A stretch of 64,000 nt of DNA from Mobula hypostoma (lineage: Eukaryota): the NCBI RefSeq assembly GCF_963921235.1, contig NC_086097.1:148058001-148122000 (forward strand), read 5' to 3'. The translations under genes were made by a program, and so were the position numbers. The notes under the pieces were generated by a model. That model ran no database searches. It was given only the letters and a program-made list of their open reading frames with translations, and had not been told where the DNA came from. Positions 1-12,318 of the stretch are shown here, one piece after another (positions within the stretch are counted from its first letter, which is position 1; each line of letters opens with the position of its first letter).

Positions 1-345
1 AGTAGGCCTGTATTTTCTAGAGTTTAAAATATAAGAGATTCCATTGGGCTTGACAGGATGCTGGGAGTATGTTTATCATAGCTGAGGTTTATGGAACCAG
101 GGAATATAGTCTTAGATTAAGAGGTAAATTGAAATGAAAAATTTCATCCCGCAGTCAATGATGAATCTCTGGAATTCTCTACCTTAGATGGCTGTGGATG
201 TTCAATTATTGAGTTCATTCAGAGATCAATATTTTTAGATTCAAAGGAAATCAAAGTATGTGGAGATACTGCAGCAAATAGCATTGAAGAAAATCAGCTG
301 TGTTCTTGGAGCAGGTTCAGAGAATCACTTGGCCTTTTCCTGCTC
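1..345 (+). mobile_element. Old CR1-type LINE 3' fragment
   Basis: Degenerate CR1 ORF2 C-terminal and 3' UTR wording (gggcttgacagg, atagtcttagattaagagg, aatctctggaattctctacc); no ORF. Confidence 0.55.
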
Positions 346-599
346 CTATTTCCAAGGTTCTTGTGAGTTAGAGTAGACAAGGTAGCTCCTGTAATCAAGC
401 ATTGACCCTTTTTTGCTGAATGAACTGCTGTCATTTGCAAGGTTTAAACGTAAATAATGAGTGAGGTAGGATAAAGTTCTGGATGACGGATGCCGCTTGT
501 GGAAATGAATCTCCATTAAGGTATGTGCATGCATGTAATAGAGCAGAAAAAGGAGTGAGAGAACTTGAGTAGATCAGAAGAAGAAAGAACAGATCATAA

Positions 600-900
600 G
601 GGGTGTTAGTTACCTGAATTTTCAAAATTTAACGTTAATATTAGATTGTAGATCATCCAGGGGAAATATGAGGTATTCTAGTTTGCGTAAGTCTTCACCA
701 TGATCGTGGAGAAGGCAGAGGACAGATAGGACAATATAGAACTGGGAAGTGGAGTTGAAATAACTCACAATGGTAGTATTGGAATCAAAGCACAAGCGTT
801 TGGAAAACAGTCACCTAATTAACAACTGATCTCATTGATTTAGACAAAACCACATGAAGAGCATTGAATTCAGTAGAAGAGGTTGGAGTGGGTAGCATTT
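600..900 (-). mobile_element. Highly decayed PLE endonuclease-region fragment
   Basis: Loose similarity to 12770-13050 (gggaaatatgaggt, gtcttcacc, ggaagtggagttgaaat). Confidence 0.4.
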
Positions 901-1364
901 GAAGTTTTGTCTGACTGGAATGGTGGTTATTGGGGTTGTGCATTTGTAAGTACCACATTTTGCACCTACTTCCAGAAAAGTCATTAGTTTCTGGTTTCTT
1001 CAGGTAATTGCTCTTAAAGGGCCTCCTGCTGCCCAGTGCATCAAATCTTCCAAAGGAGTGATTCTTTGTGGTTGGGATCTCAGTAAAATTGGGAGGTATG
1101 CAACCGACTCTCTCCATTCGTTCTATTCCACCTTCCCCGAGCCACACCATTTATAACAGTCCAAGTGATTATCTCTTTAAGGGCTGGTGTCCTGAGAGTT
1201 TGCTGTATAAAATAGCTGAGCAAAATTGATCTAGCCACAATGGTCAAGAGTGCACCTTCCCTTATTAAAGAGCCTTGCCTCACAAAAATACTCTTGAGCT
1301 CTTACACTATGTTTAATATTGAAAATATTAGACCTAGTCTAAGAAAAGTCAAAACATTTTAATG

Positions 1365-3390
1365 CATATAGAAACATAGAAAACCTACAGCACAATACAG
1401 GCCCTTCGGCACACAATGCTGTGCCAAACATACTTTAGAAATTACCTAGGGTTACACATAGCCCTCTATTTTTTTAAGCTCCATGTACCTATCCAGGAGT
1501 CTCTTAAAATAGCCTGTTGTATCCGCCTCCACCACAGTCTCCGGCAGCCCATTGCACACACTCACCACTCTCTGCGTAAAAAAAAACTTACCCCTGACAT
1601 CCCCTCTGTACCTGCTTCCAAGCACCTTAAAACTGTGCCCTCTTGTGTTAGCCATTTCAGCCCTGGGAAAAAGCCTTTGACTATCCACACGATCAATGCC
1701 TCTCATCATTTTATACACCTCTATCAGGTCACCTCTCATCCTCCATCGCACCAAGGAGAAAAAGCCAAGTTCACTCAACCTATTCTTGAAAGGCATGCTC
1801 CCCAATCCAGGCAACATCCTTGTAAATCTCCTCTGCACCCTTTCTATAGTTTCCACATCCTTCCACTAGTTAGGTGACCAGAACTAAGCATAGTATTCCA
1901 AGTGGGGTCTGACCAGGGTCCTTTACAACTGTAACATTATCTCTCAGCTCTTAAACTCAATCCCACGATTGATGAAGGCCATTGCACCATATGCCGCCTT
2001 AACCACAGAGTTAACCTGCGCAGCAGCTTTGAGTGTCCTATGGCCTCGAACCCCAAGATCCCTCTGATTCTCTACGCTGCCAAGAGTCTTACCCTTAATA
2101 CGATATTCTGCCATCATATTTGACCTCCAAAATGGAAGTCACACTTATCTGGATTAACTCCATTTGCCACTTCTGAGCTCAGTTTTACATCTTATCGATG
2201 TCCCGCTGTAACCTCTGATAGCCTTCCACACTATCCACAACACCCCCAATCTTTGTGTCATCAGCAGATTTACTAACCCATCCATCCACTTCCTCATCTA
2301 GGTCATTTATAAACATCAAGAACAGGTCCCAGAACAGATCCCTGAGGCACACCATTGGTCAGCGGCCTCCATGCAGAATATGACCCGTCTCCAACCACTC
2401 TTTGCCTTCTCTGGGCAAGCCAGTTCTGGATCCACAAAGCAATGTTCCCTTGGATCCCATGCCTCCTTACTTTCTCAATAAGCCTTGCATGGGGTACCTT
2501 ATCAAATGTCTTACTGAAATCCATATACACTACATCTACTGTTCTACCTTCATCAATGTGTTTGGTCATATTCTCAAAAAATTCAGTCAGGCTCGTAAGG
2601 CACGACCTGCCTTTGACAAAGCCATGCTGACAATTCCTAATCATATTATTCCCCTCCAAATGTTCATACATCCTGTCTCTCAGGATCTTTCCCATCAACT
2701 TACCAACCACTGAAGTAAGACTCACTGGTCTATAATTTCCTGGGCTATGTCTACGCCTTTTCTTGAATACTTAACATCTGCAACCCTCTAATCCTCCGGT
2801 CCCGGTGACTTATCCAACTTGATGCTTTCAAAAAGCTCCAGCACATCCTCTTTCTTAATATCTATATGCTCAAGTTTTTCAGTCTGCTGTAAGTCATCCC
2901 TACAATTGCCAAGGTACTTTTCTATAGTGAATACGGATGCAAAGTATTCATTAAGTACCTCCTCTACCTCCTTCGGTTCCATACACACCTTTCCATTGAA
3001 ACACTTGATTGGTCCTATTCTCTCAAGTCTTATCCTCTTGCTCTTCACATACTTGTAGAATGCCTTGGGGGTTTTCCTTAATCTAGTCCGCCAAGGCCTT
3101 CTCATGGCTCTTTCTGGCTCTCCTAATTTCATTCTTAGGCTCCTTCCTGCTAGCCTTATAATTTTCTAGATATCTATCATTAGCTAGTTTTTTGAACCTT
3201 TCGTAAGCTTTTCCTTTCTTCTTGACTAGATTTTCAACTATCTTTGTACACCATGGTTCCTGTACCATACCATCCTTTCCCTGTCTTATTGGAACGTACC
3301 TGTGCAGAACACCACACAAATATCCTCTGAACATTTGTACCGTACATTTCCCTGAGAACATCTGTTCCCATTTTATGTTTCCAAGTTCCT
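1365..3390 (-). mobile_element. 5'-truncated CR1 LINE (RT and 3' UTR), frameshifted
   Basis: ORFs 2788-3132, 2303-2725 (QHGFVKGRSCLT, DVVYMDFSKTFDKVPH, GVPQGSVLGP) and 1452-1856 (ERVQRRFTRMLPGL, RGDLIEVYK, RGHSFK); ends in a ttctatg-type tail at about 1365-1381. Same family as 53190-53660. Confidence 0.95.
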
Positions 3391-3899
3391 GTAAAGGAGT
3401 TAATGTAGTTTTAGGTATCATGTTAAAGTGCTTTTCATAATTCTCTATCTGTGTACATACATCTACTGATGCTTCTGGACACATCTTCAGTGATGTTCCT
3501 GGAATCATCGGGTGTTTCGGGTCTTTCAACATCATACAACCTCCTCCAGGTGACCCAGCCGGGGCTGATCAGACCCCAGCTTGTGTCCAGATGGCTAGCT
3601 ACTTATGACTCCATGGCTCCCCTCTTTTGAGCCACAGCCATCTTGAGGCCCTCTCTGCCGCATTGGTGGTACTGCAGATGGCTCTCTGTCCCTCGATACC
3701 CAAATTGCTGAAGGCTCTAGCTAAGGAACAGGCTGCGAATCCCCTACAACCAACCTCCACTGGGAGACACCTCACTCTCCATCCAGCCTGCTGACAGTTG
3801 CTGACCGGTCCTGCGTACTTGGAGAGCTAACTTTCGAAGGCCTCTTCCAAGCAATCTTCCTATGGGACTGTCAGCTCCAGCAGAACCACTTGCTTAGTA

Positions 3900-5065
3900 C
3901 AGGGGTCCCCAACCTTTTTTGCACTGCGGACTGCTTTAATATTGGCACTATTCTTGCGGACCGGCCGACCTGGGGGAGTGGGGGTGGGGGGGTAGGGTAA
4001 CCAACGGACAAGACTAGCAGTCAAATACGTTGTGTTTACCCCGAGAAAGACTACAATGACCATGAAACCTTGCGCGGGCACCAGTGCGCATGCGTGTACG
4101 TTCCGATTTTTTTTCTACAAATTGTTTTTGGCGATTCTGTTCGGGGGGGTGTTAATCACGACTGGAATATCGGTGATAAGTGGCTAATACACTCAATTTT
4201 GTTTCTAAAAGGATTTATCTAACGAATTTAATATTAAACACACAGCGCGTATTTTCCTCGCATGAATATAGTGATAAGTCAATTATCAGGGGAGGACAGG
4301 GGAGCTTGAAGTAAGTGTTGAACGAACTCCAGCAGAAGTGGTAGAGGCAAGTTCAATATTATCATTTAAAGAAAAATCAGATAACTATATGGACAGGAAA
4401 GGAATGGAAGGTTATGGGCTGAGTGCAGGTCGGTGGGACTAGGTGAGAGTAGCGTTCGGCACGGACTAGAAGGGCCGAGATTGCCTGTTTCCGTGCTGTA
4501 ATTGTTATATGGTTATATAAGTAAGTCAATAGCATCATAACATTTTAAGTAATGTTTGGATATTAAACACGCAGCACATAATTTCCCCGTATGAACATAT
4601 AAAATCATTGCAACACACCAATATCGCTGAATCAGTGGGAGCCCTGGGCTTGTTTCCCTGCAACAAGTCGGTCCCATCAAGGAGTAATGGGAGACACCGA
4701 TACTCGAAGGGGGTTCCTCATGTCCAGTCTATTCCGCAATTTAGTTTTCGTTGCATTCATTGCAGAGATATGTTGGAAATTGAAATAACGTTTTTAGTGC
4801 TTTCGTGGCTATCTCAGGATATTTAGCCTTGACTTTGATCTAGAATGTCGGCAGAGATGTTATGTCAGACATACTTTTCAGCCCGCTGTCATTTGCAAGC
4901 TTGAGGAGCTGGTCTTCCTGCGCTGACACGGATGACGCACGGGCAATGATCTCGTGGGCGTGACAGGGAATGAGGAAAGGTGCAGCTGACTCATATCGCC
5001 AAATCATATCATTTCCTCATGGCCCAGTAGCACTTGCTTTGCGGCCCGGTGGTTGGGGACTGCTG
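3900..5065 (-). mobile_element. Non-autonomous hAT/Charlie (MER1/Charlie3-like) DNA transposon
   Basis: 15-bp TIRs CAGGGGTCCCCAACC (3900-3914) and GGTTGGGGACTGCTG (5051-5065); 8-bp TSD GCTTAGTA (3892-3899) / GCTTTGTA (5066-5073); transposase C-terminal remnant at about 4630-4940. Confidence 0.92.
4317..4518 (+). mobile_element. CR1 3'-end fragment inside the Charlie element
   Basis: CR1 end wording (gtggtagaggc, gggccgagattgcctgtttccgtgctgta, ttatatggttatat tail) flanked by AAGTAAGT at 4309-4316 and 4519-4526. Confidence 0.8.
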
Positions 5066-6179
5066 GCTTTGTAGACTCAGACACAAGGACAGTGTCTGGT
5101 TGCAGGGTGGTGGCTGTGATATGGTTGGGGAACTTCAGCTGCCGTTCGAGGTGCACCAGCAGCTGCCAGTCCCTTGCAGAGGTCAGAATGCCTGCAGATG
5201 TTCTTTTGGCAGGTATTGGCTGCTCCTCAGCTCTGACAAAGGCAATGGTCTGCTTGGAGGGTCGGGACCGCTTCGCCCACTCAACTCCTGTGCTGACGGC
5301 TTCAGCGATGGTCTTCAGGACCTGATCATACCTCCACCTGTACCGTTCCTCACCAAGTGCCCTTGCACAGCCGCTGAGGATCTGCTCCAGGGTTCCTCGC
5401 TTGGAGCACAGTGGGCACGCAGATGACTCTGCCTTGCCCCATGTGTGCAGGTTTGATGGGCTTGGAAGCACATCGTACACTGCCTGGATGAGAAATTGGA
5501 TGCGGTGTGGTTCGGCTTTCCTAAGATCAGCCCGGGTCACTTTCCTCTCAACCGCATTCTCCCATCTTGTCCAAGCTCCCTGTTGCTTCATTCCCACTGC
5601 CTTGCAGGTTCTCGTCTCCTCCTCTACTGCTCTCACCTCCTCCTGAACTAGACGATGCCTTTCCTTCCCTCTGGTGTCCATTTGGGGAGTTGGAAAGGAT
5701 CCTAGCCCAGCTCGGCCTCGTGTGACCACTCTCACCAACCTCCTGTGACGCAGCCTTGCCTCTGCTTCCTGAACAGCTTCCTCTGCCCTCCACTTCTTGC
5801 CAGTCCTCAGTTGGATCCCTGTTCTAGCTACCTTCAGATCACTTGAGTCCCTATACTGTAGCACTTCTCTGGCTCTTGTTACCTTGAATTCTTCCTCCAA
5901 GGATTTGAAGGGCAAAGTGATATCATTACTAGAAAGGAATTAATTACTATCAAACAAATAATTATCTCAAATTAATGTGCTTCTCTTGAACTGGAAATGT
6001 TAAATTCAAAAAACTGAGTTGACAAAGCACATAGGCTAGCTCTAGTTAACTCAGTGTAATAACAAGACCTCATTCATTCCCAGTCTGCCCCATCTGAAAA
6101 CTCTTCTGACAGGTGAACAAAGAATGATAATTGTGGCATCCATAGTTGGGGGTTGAGAGAATTAGCTTCCACTATACAC

Positions 6180-7560
6180 AAGAGAAAATCTGCAGATGCT
6201 GGACATCCAAGCAACCCACACAAAATGCTGGAGGAACTCAGCAGGCCAGGCAGCATCTAAGGAAACGAGTACTGTCAATGTTTCGGGCCGAGACTGTTTA
6301 TCAGGACTGGAGGAAAAAAAAGGATTGAGGAGTCAGAGTAAGAAGGTGGGAGAAGGGGAGGCAGAAGTACAAGGTGACAGGTGAGACTGGAAAGTTGAGG
6401 GGGGGTGGTGAATTAAAGAGCAAGGAAGTTGATTGGGAAAGAGAGACAACAGATTTGCTGAAGACACAATTATTATTGGTAGAATCTCAGATGGTGACGA
6501 GTGGTGTCGCAGTACCAACCTTGCACTCATCGTCATTAAGACAAAAGAGCTGATTATGGACTTCAGGAAGGGTTAGACGATGGAACACATACCAATCCTC
6601 ATAGAGGGATCAGAAGTAGAGAGAGTGAGCAGTTTTAAATTCGGGTATCAAGATCTCTTAGGACCTAACCTGGCCTCAACATATCAATGCAGCTATAAAA
6701 AAGACAAGGCAGCAACAATACTTTATTAGAAGTTTGAAGAGATTTGGTATATCAACAAAAAAACTCAAAAACTTCTATAGATGTACCGTGGAGAGCATTC
6801 TGACAGGCTGCATCACTGTCTGGTATAGTGGGGAGGGAGGGCTACCACACAGGACCGAAAGAAGCTACAATGGGTCGTAAATTTAGTTGGCTCTATCTTG
6901 GGTACTAGCCTACGAAGTGCCCAGGACATTTTCAAGGAGCGGTGTCTCAGAAGGGCAGCGTCCATATTAAGGACTCCCCAGAACCTAGGGCATGCTTTTT
7001 TCTCTCTGTTACCATCAGGTAGAAGGTACAGAAGCCTAAAGGCATACACTCAGCGATTCAGGAACAGCTTCTTCCCCTCTGCCATCCGATTCCTATACAG
7101 ACATTGAGCCTGTAAACACTACCTCAGTTTTCTAATATGTATTATTTCTGTTTTTGCATGATTTTTAATCTATTCAACATGCGTATACTGTAATTTATTT
7201 TTATTATTATTTTTCCTCTTCTATATTACGTATTGCATTAAACTGATGCTGCTAAGCTAACAAATTTCACGACATATGCCGGTGATAATAAATCCAATTC
7301 TGATTCTGATACAGGGCTGAATAAGGGAGAATCTGATAGGCGAGAACAGAAGGCCATGGAAGAAAGAAAGGCGGGGTGGCGTACCAGAGGGAGGTGATGG
7401 GCAAGTAAGGAAATAAAGTGAGAAAGGGAAGTGGGAATGGGGAAAGTGTCAGAAGGAAGATCAGTGGGGAGAGAGGAATGGTCAATGGAGTCACGTAGGG
7501 AACAATACCTGCAGAAAGTGGGAGGGAGGGGAAGATGTGCTTGGTGGTGGGATCCAGTTG
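6180..7560 (-). mobile_element. PLE 3' fragment (terminal repeat plus linker piece), interrupted by a Rex/Babar LINE
   Basis: 6180-6445 matches the terminal repeat at 12319-12560 and resumes at about 7311; 7495-7560 encodes DPTTKHIFPSLPLSA as in the 13250-13290 region. Confidence 0.85.
6448..7310 (+). mobile_element. Rex1/Babar-type LINE 3' portion
   Basis: RFAEDTIIIGRISDGDE, KTKELIMDFRK, ESILTGCITVWY and LLPSGRRYRSLKAYTQRFRNSFFPSAIR motifs; AATAAA followed by an (attctg)n tail. Confidence 0.9.
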
Positions 7561-8924
7561 ATTCCACAACATTGTGACCTATTTAAAAAGAAGCCTCCAG
7601 CCATGTTCAACTGACAGATTTCCTCCTGATCCTGCTCAGAGATTCTCATGAAGAAATCCTGATATCAGTGGAAACCTGTGCAGTAAACACAGCTTTAGAT
7701 AGGAAAAAAGGAACTTGGATGCATTTTCAGAGTGAGTTTTACCAAAATGGTGTACCGTGGTATTCCAACATACAATTTAAAAATTTCCCTTGCAAATTTA
7801 CCATTCTCCAGTTCACATTTGCTCTTTACAGTTATCAAAAGCAGATGATGCTGAACTGAGTGATCACCATGCACTTGTTGATGTATTGGTGTTTTATTTA
7901 GGGCAAGAGCTGAAGAACAGTTTTCATTGTTTCTACATAAATTAGCCAAAATGTCATGAATCAGCGCTAGGGTCTGTAACTTCTAAATAAATGTCTGTTT
8001 ATTTCCACTCCCTAAGAAAAGTTTGGGCAATCCGAAAATATTCTTAAGGGCAATAAGTTTTGGGAAAAAAATTACAGCTTAGCAGATATCATTTCCATCA
8101 AATCAACAAAAGGTCAAAATAAATGTTAAATCCATGATTCAGGATAGTGGGTGGGCTGCTAAAGCATGTTTTGAATTCCGAATATTTAAACTGCTACACA
8201 AGTTCACTATAGCTTTATGACATGCCACTCCCACTGTTACTTTGTGGGCTTGAAATTCCAACCTGGCTTCTATGTGATGGATGCAGACTGAACTTTTCTT
8301 AAAAACTACTTTGAAATGGAGATGAATCTGTTTGAAAAACACCAGCTAACTGCTTCGTTCAAGAGGCACACAGAGTTGCACACCAATGCATTGAGGACTT
8401 ACTACTGCCCTATTGTATGGTTTCAAAATTGTTGGTTCACTTTCATTCTTATTTTCTTCCTCCACAACCCATGTTGCTGTATCAGCAAAATTCCTCCTAT
8501 TAAAGTTTTGGCCTGCGTGAGCACAATCTTGAATTTAAAAAGATGCATTTTATGCTAATTTGTGGATGCTATTAAGAGGTTTAGTGGCCTGAGTTCCCCA
8601 TAGAATTTTAAAACACAATGCTTACTGACTTTCCTTAGATATTCTCACAAGATCAAAGATATTTCCATTATCGTTTTGTATAAAGTGGCTGACGAGGCTA
8701 AAGTGGGAACCACAGTTTCTTCCACATATAGCTATGGGTCCAAATGGGCAAATGCGCTGGTAGTTTCTGAGGAGTTGCATTCTATACACTGCTTGAACAG
8801 GACTTCTCTTCTTGCACTGCACAGATTTGGTGTTCTTCTTACCAACCCGAGTACTTCTCCACTTTGAGCACTTGGGCCAGAAATTCCCAAGAACTTCTTG
8901 GTCTTCTTGACATCTTCCACATCC

Positions 8925-9090
8925 TCCTCATAGAGTTTGTAAGTTTTCTTCGGGTCCTCTGGTTTCCCCTCAAGGTCCAAAGACATACTGGGTAGGTTAA
9001 TTAGCCATTGTAAAATTTCCCATGATTAAATTAGGGTTAAATCAGGTTTGTTGGATGTTGCTAGGCAATGCAGCTGGAAGGGCCTAAATA
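8925..9090 (+). mobile_element. V-SINE (HE1-like) fragment
   Basis: gggtcctctggtttcccc...ccaaagacatac...ggtaggttaattagccattgtaaa core, shared with 29040-29210 and 49285-49400. Confidence 0.55.
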
Positions 9091-9604
9091 ATTACATCAG
9101 TAGAGATGTTGCAAGTTCTTAAGGAGGTTCTGCAAGCATCTTTTAATCATTTTCTCTCTCCATAAATATTCCTTTCCATTCACAGAGCTTTGGATAAGAG
9201 TGTCTGGTTTTGGGCATATGAATGCTGTGACAAGACCTTCAGTGGTGGGGACGCTGACGTGGGAGAGGAAATAGACATTGACTTGTTTATCCATCCTGTG
9301 TTTTTGTAGGGTTTTTCAGAAACAACTTTGGTGGTATTTTTCCATGGTGCATTATCATACGTATTTATCTTCACCGAGAGGGGATTAGCAAGATATGGAA
9401 AGTTTAACATGTCTTCAAAGGTTTTGTGAACCTTTATTATTTCAGGGCAGTATGCTGCTTTGGAATCAGATTAATGGGGACCTTTGTCTTGCAGATGCAG
9501 GACCTATCCTCTTGTAAGCTTCAGTGAACGACTTGATGACTTGGATTCAGCCTCCAAATGCATGTAAATTCAATTGTCATGCATATGTTGAGTAACAATC
9601 ATTA

Positions 9605-9800
9605 TGAACTCAGTGGGTCAAGCAGCATTGTCGAGGAAAGGAATTGTTAAAGTATTAGGTTGAAAACCTGCCTCTGATGAGTCCTGATGCAGGGTTTCAA
9701 CCTGAAACATCGACAGTTCTTTCACTCCCACAGATGCTGCTTGACCTGTTGAGTTCCTCCAGTTGATTATTTGTTGCTCCGGATTCCAGCATTCTTTTGT
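9605..9800. repeat. Inverted pair of PLE terminal repeats (older subfamily)
   Basis: gaactcagtgggtcaagcagcat (left) versus atgctgcttgacctgttgagttc (right); mutated hammerhead core CTGATGC...GAAAC at about 9684-9712. Confidence 0.75.
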
Positions 9801-10073
9801 GTCTATGTCATCCATATATATTACAGCTTAATTCCTGAGGTGTGAGTGACTGTATGTCATACAGTTTCTGATTAGTTCTGCAGATCAGTTGCAAACCCAC
9901 AGTAAGTCTGATGGAGATGAGTTGCAACATTACAACTAGAGATATTGAGAAAATGGGAAGGAGAAGCATTCAGTGTTTTCGACCTATGACCTTCATCAGA
10001 ACAGGGGGAAAGAGAGTGATCCAAATAGGTTATCAGTAAGTGGGAAGATTCAGGACAGATATGCAGAATATAG

Positions 10074-10280
10074 CAAACACAAGGAAATCTGCTGATGCTG
10101 GAATTTCAAGCAACACACACAAAAGTTGCTGGTGAACGCAGCAGGCCAGGCAGCATCTCTTGGAAGAGGTACAGTCGACATTTCGGTCCTGACGAAGGGT
10201 CTCGGCCCGAAATGTCGACTGTACCTCTTCCTAGAGATGCTGCCTGGCCTGCTGCGTTCACCAGCAACTTTTATGTATGT
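10074..10280. repeat. Inverted pair of young PLE terminal repeats (about 70-bp near-perfect stem)
   Basis: About 10115-10186 is the reverse complement of 10207-10280 with few mismatches; 20-nt spacer at 10187-10206. Confidence 0.92.
10185..10220 (+). ncRNA. Minimal type I hammerhead ribozyme motif (PLE-associated)
   Basis: Stem I GGTC (10185-88)/GACT (10217-20); CTGACGA (10189-95) plus an extra A; stem II GGGT-CTCG-GCCC; GAAA (10209-12); loopless stem III; GTC triplet with predicted cut after 10216. Confidence 0.75.
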
Positions 10281-10989
10281 AGAATATAGGTGTGTTTGTG
10301 ACTGAATTAGCTGAATTGGATTAATGTTTAAGATACTATGCCTATGTAATGATTTGTTAATGGTAAGATTAATGATGACTTGCCCAGCAGGCTAGATTTA
10401 CAAGTGTAGGATTAAAAATAATTTAAAAATTAATAAGGTGAGCCAGCATTTGTGATAAGTGAAACAAATAATAATTCAGATGAGGAGTCCTTCATCAGAG
10501 CTGTGAAAGACAGCAATAGGTTTGGGTAACAGCAAAATGTTGATGAAATGTTGATTTCTCTGATAGGATGAACACTTGGCAGGTAGGATAAGGTACTGTG
10601 AACTGAAATTTATGGCCGATATAATTCTGCATAGTGGACATGTTCAGTAGACCGGACCATACAAAGAGAAGAAAAGAAAAGATAACTGATTTAACAGAAT
10701 TATTTTAAGTGTGTTATTCAAAGTGAGAGAATTTAATGTTAAGTCTTAACAAAAGCAATGTTCCCTGATGAATTATGAGGTGAGCTTGCTTTGGGTTTCA
10801 TGACAGTGTAGGAGGTTACAAAGAGTGGGATTGTGACTTTAAATGGCAGGCAACTGAAAGCTCAGGGTGCTGGCAAAGTAATCATCCACTTGGTTTCTCC
10901 GGTGGATAGGGGAGGAGGCCACACTGTGAACACTGAATGCTGTGCAGCAGGTTGGAAAAAGTGAAAATGAACACACACAAGCACACAAA

Positions 10990-11645
10990 AAAAAACTGGA
11001 GAACCTCGTCAAGTCACGGAACATCAATGTTGGGGGGGAGGGTGGGAGATAAACAATTGATGTGACCAAGGTCCTTCATGAGGACTAGAAAGGAAGGGGG
11101 CAGAAACCAAATAAAAAGGTGCCGAGGAGGGGTGACATGAGGTGAGGGGGAAGGGGGGGTGAATGGTGGGGGTGGGGAATGATGTAAGAACATGGGAAGG
11201 GATTGATGGAAGATGTAAAGGGCTGAAGAAGGAATCTAATAGGAGAAAACAACAGACCAGGGAAGAAGGGGAAGGAGGAGGAGAGCTGAGGGGGGTGTTG
11301 TTGGGCAAATGAGAAGAAGGGGTGAGGAGGTAACCAGATAGGAATGGGAAAAGAGAGAAGGAGGGAGGGGAGAAATTACCAGAAGTTGGAGAAATCAATA
11401 TGTATTCCATTGGGTTGGAGGCTACCCAGATAGAATATGAAGTTGTTGCTCCTCTATCCTGAGTTTGGCCTCGGCATGACAGTAGATGAGGCGATGGACT
11501 GACATGTCAGACAGGGGAATCAAATTGAAGCAGATAAACACCGGGGGATGCTACCTTTTGCAGTGGAGACCAAAGATGTCTGACAAAGCTGTTTTCCGAT
11601 CTGTGTCAGGTCTCACTGATGTAGAGGAGTCCACACCAGATACAA
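10990..11645 (-). mobile_element. Decayed PLE 3' fragment (GIY-YIG end plus terminal repeat)
   Basis: 11380-11640 parallels 12750-13030; terminal repeat with a mutated hammerhead core at about 11055-11090. Confidence 0.8.
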
Positions 11646-12318
11646 GTCCTCACTGGGTTAAGAACACACAGCTTATCAACCCTTGGAAATGAACAAGTAT
11701 TTGGGAGGCCAATAGGGTGGATGGGAATGGATTTGCCAGCTGCTGGGTACCTGCAAAGATCTTCTGGGTGGGGTTAGAACACTTCTTTGTGCCTTCTGTC
11801 CTCACTCCCACCCCTGATCAATATTTGGGATCTGGATGGAGTCAAACAGACGTGGGAGCACCGAACAGATTCACTTACTCACTAATGCATCAGTGAGGTT
11901 GCCTTGTGGCCACTCTCCCCATAGCTATATCTGTGATCCTCTCCCACACAATGTTTTTGTTCATTAACAAATTACGAACAGTTCAGTTTACAAACAGTTC
12001 TCAAAAATGGAACCCGGTCATAACCTGGGGACTGCATTTATTCTCTTTATTTTTCATTTATAATTTATTTCGTGATTTGTTCCCAGTAAGAGCTCTTGTA
12101 AAGTTATTCACTTTCCTGAATTCCGTGACCTAAAATGTCAGCAGTGGTCATTTTTGATGCAGAGCCATTGTTATCAAATAGTTATAATGAGGTAAACTGT
12201 GCGTTCTTGTGTAAATTTCAGTCTGTAGAGGCACACTCATGTCTCAGATTCCTTTTCTTTCGGTAAAACAAAATCCAAGGCATTATTGAAAAGTGAAATC
12301 TGCTAAACACCTAAGAGG

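Larger units (their letters stand above)
3455..5915 (-). mobile_element. 5'-truncated Hero-clade (R2-superfamily, restriction-like endonuclease) non-LTR retrotransposon, split by a hAT
   Basis: ORF 5004-5915 has the zinc knuckle CPLCSKRGTLEQILSGC, RYRWRYDQVL and LQPDTVLVSES. After removing 3900-5065 and one TSD copy, the frame continues TKQVVLLELTVP*EDCLEEAFES*LSKY...PVEVGCRGF...ASRWLWLKRGEPWSHK* (stop 3599-3601). Confidence 0.88.

Noticed and set aside
3083..3535. 150-aa ORF
   Set aside because: Chance chimera running from the Hero 3' UTR through spacer DNA into the CR1 fragment.
3474..3535. CTGAAGA and GAAAC in the Hero 3' UTR as a hammerhead
   Set aside because: The helix following CUGAAGA is not followed by GAAA on its partner strand, so the topology does not fit.
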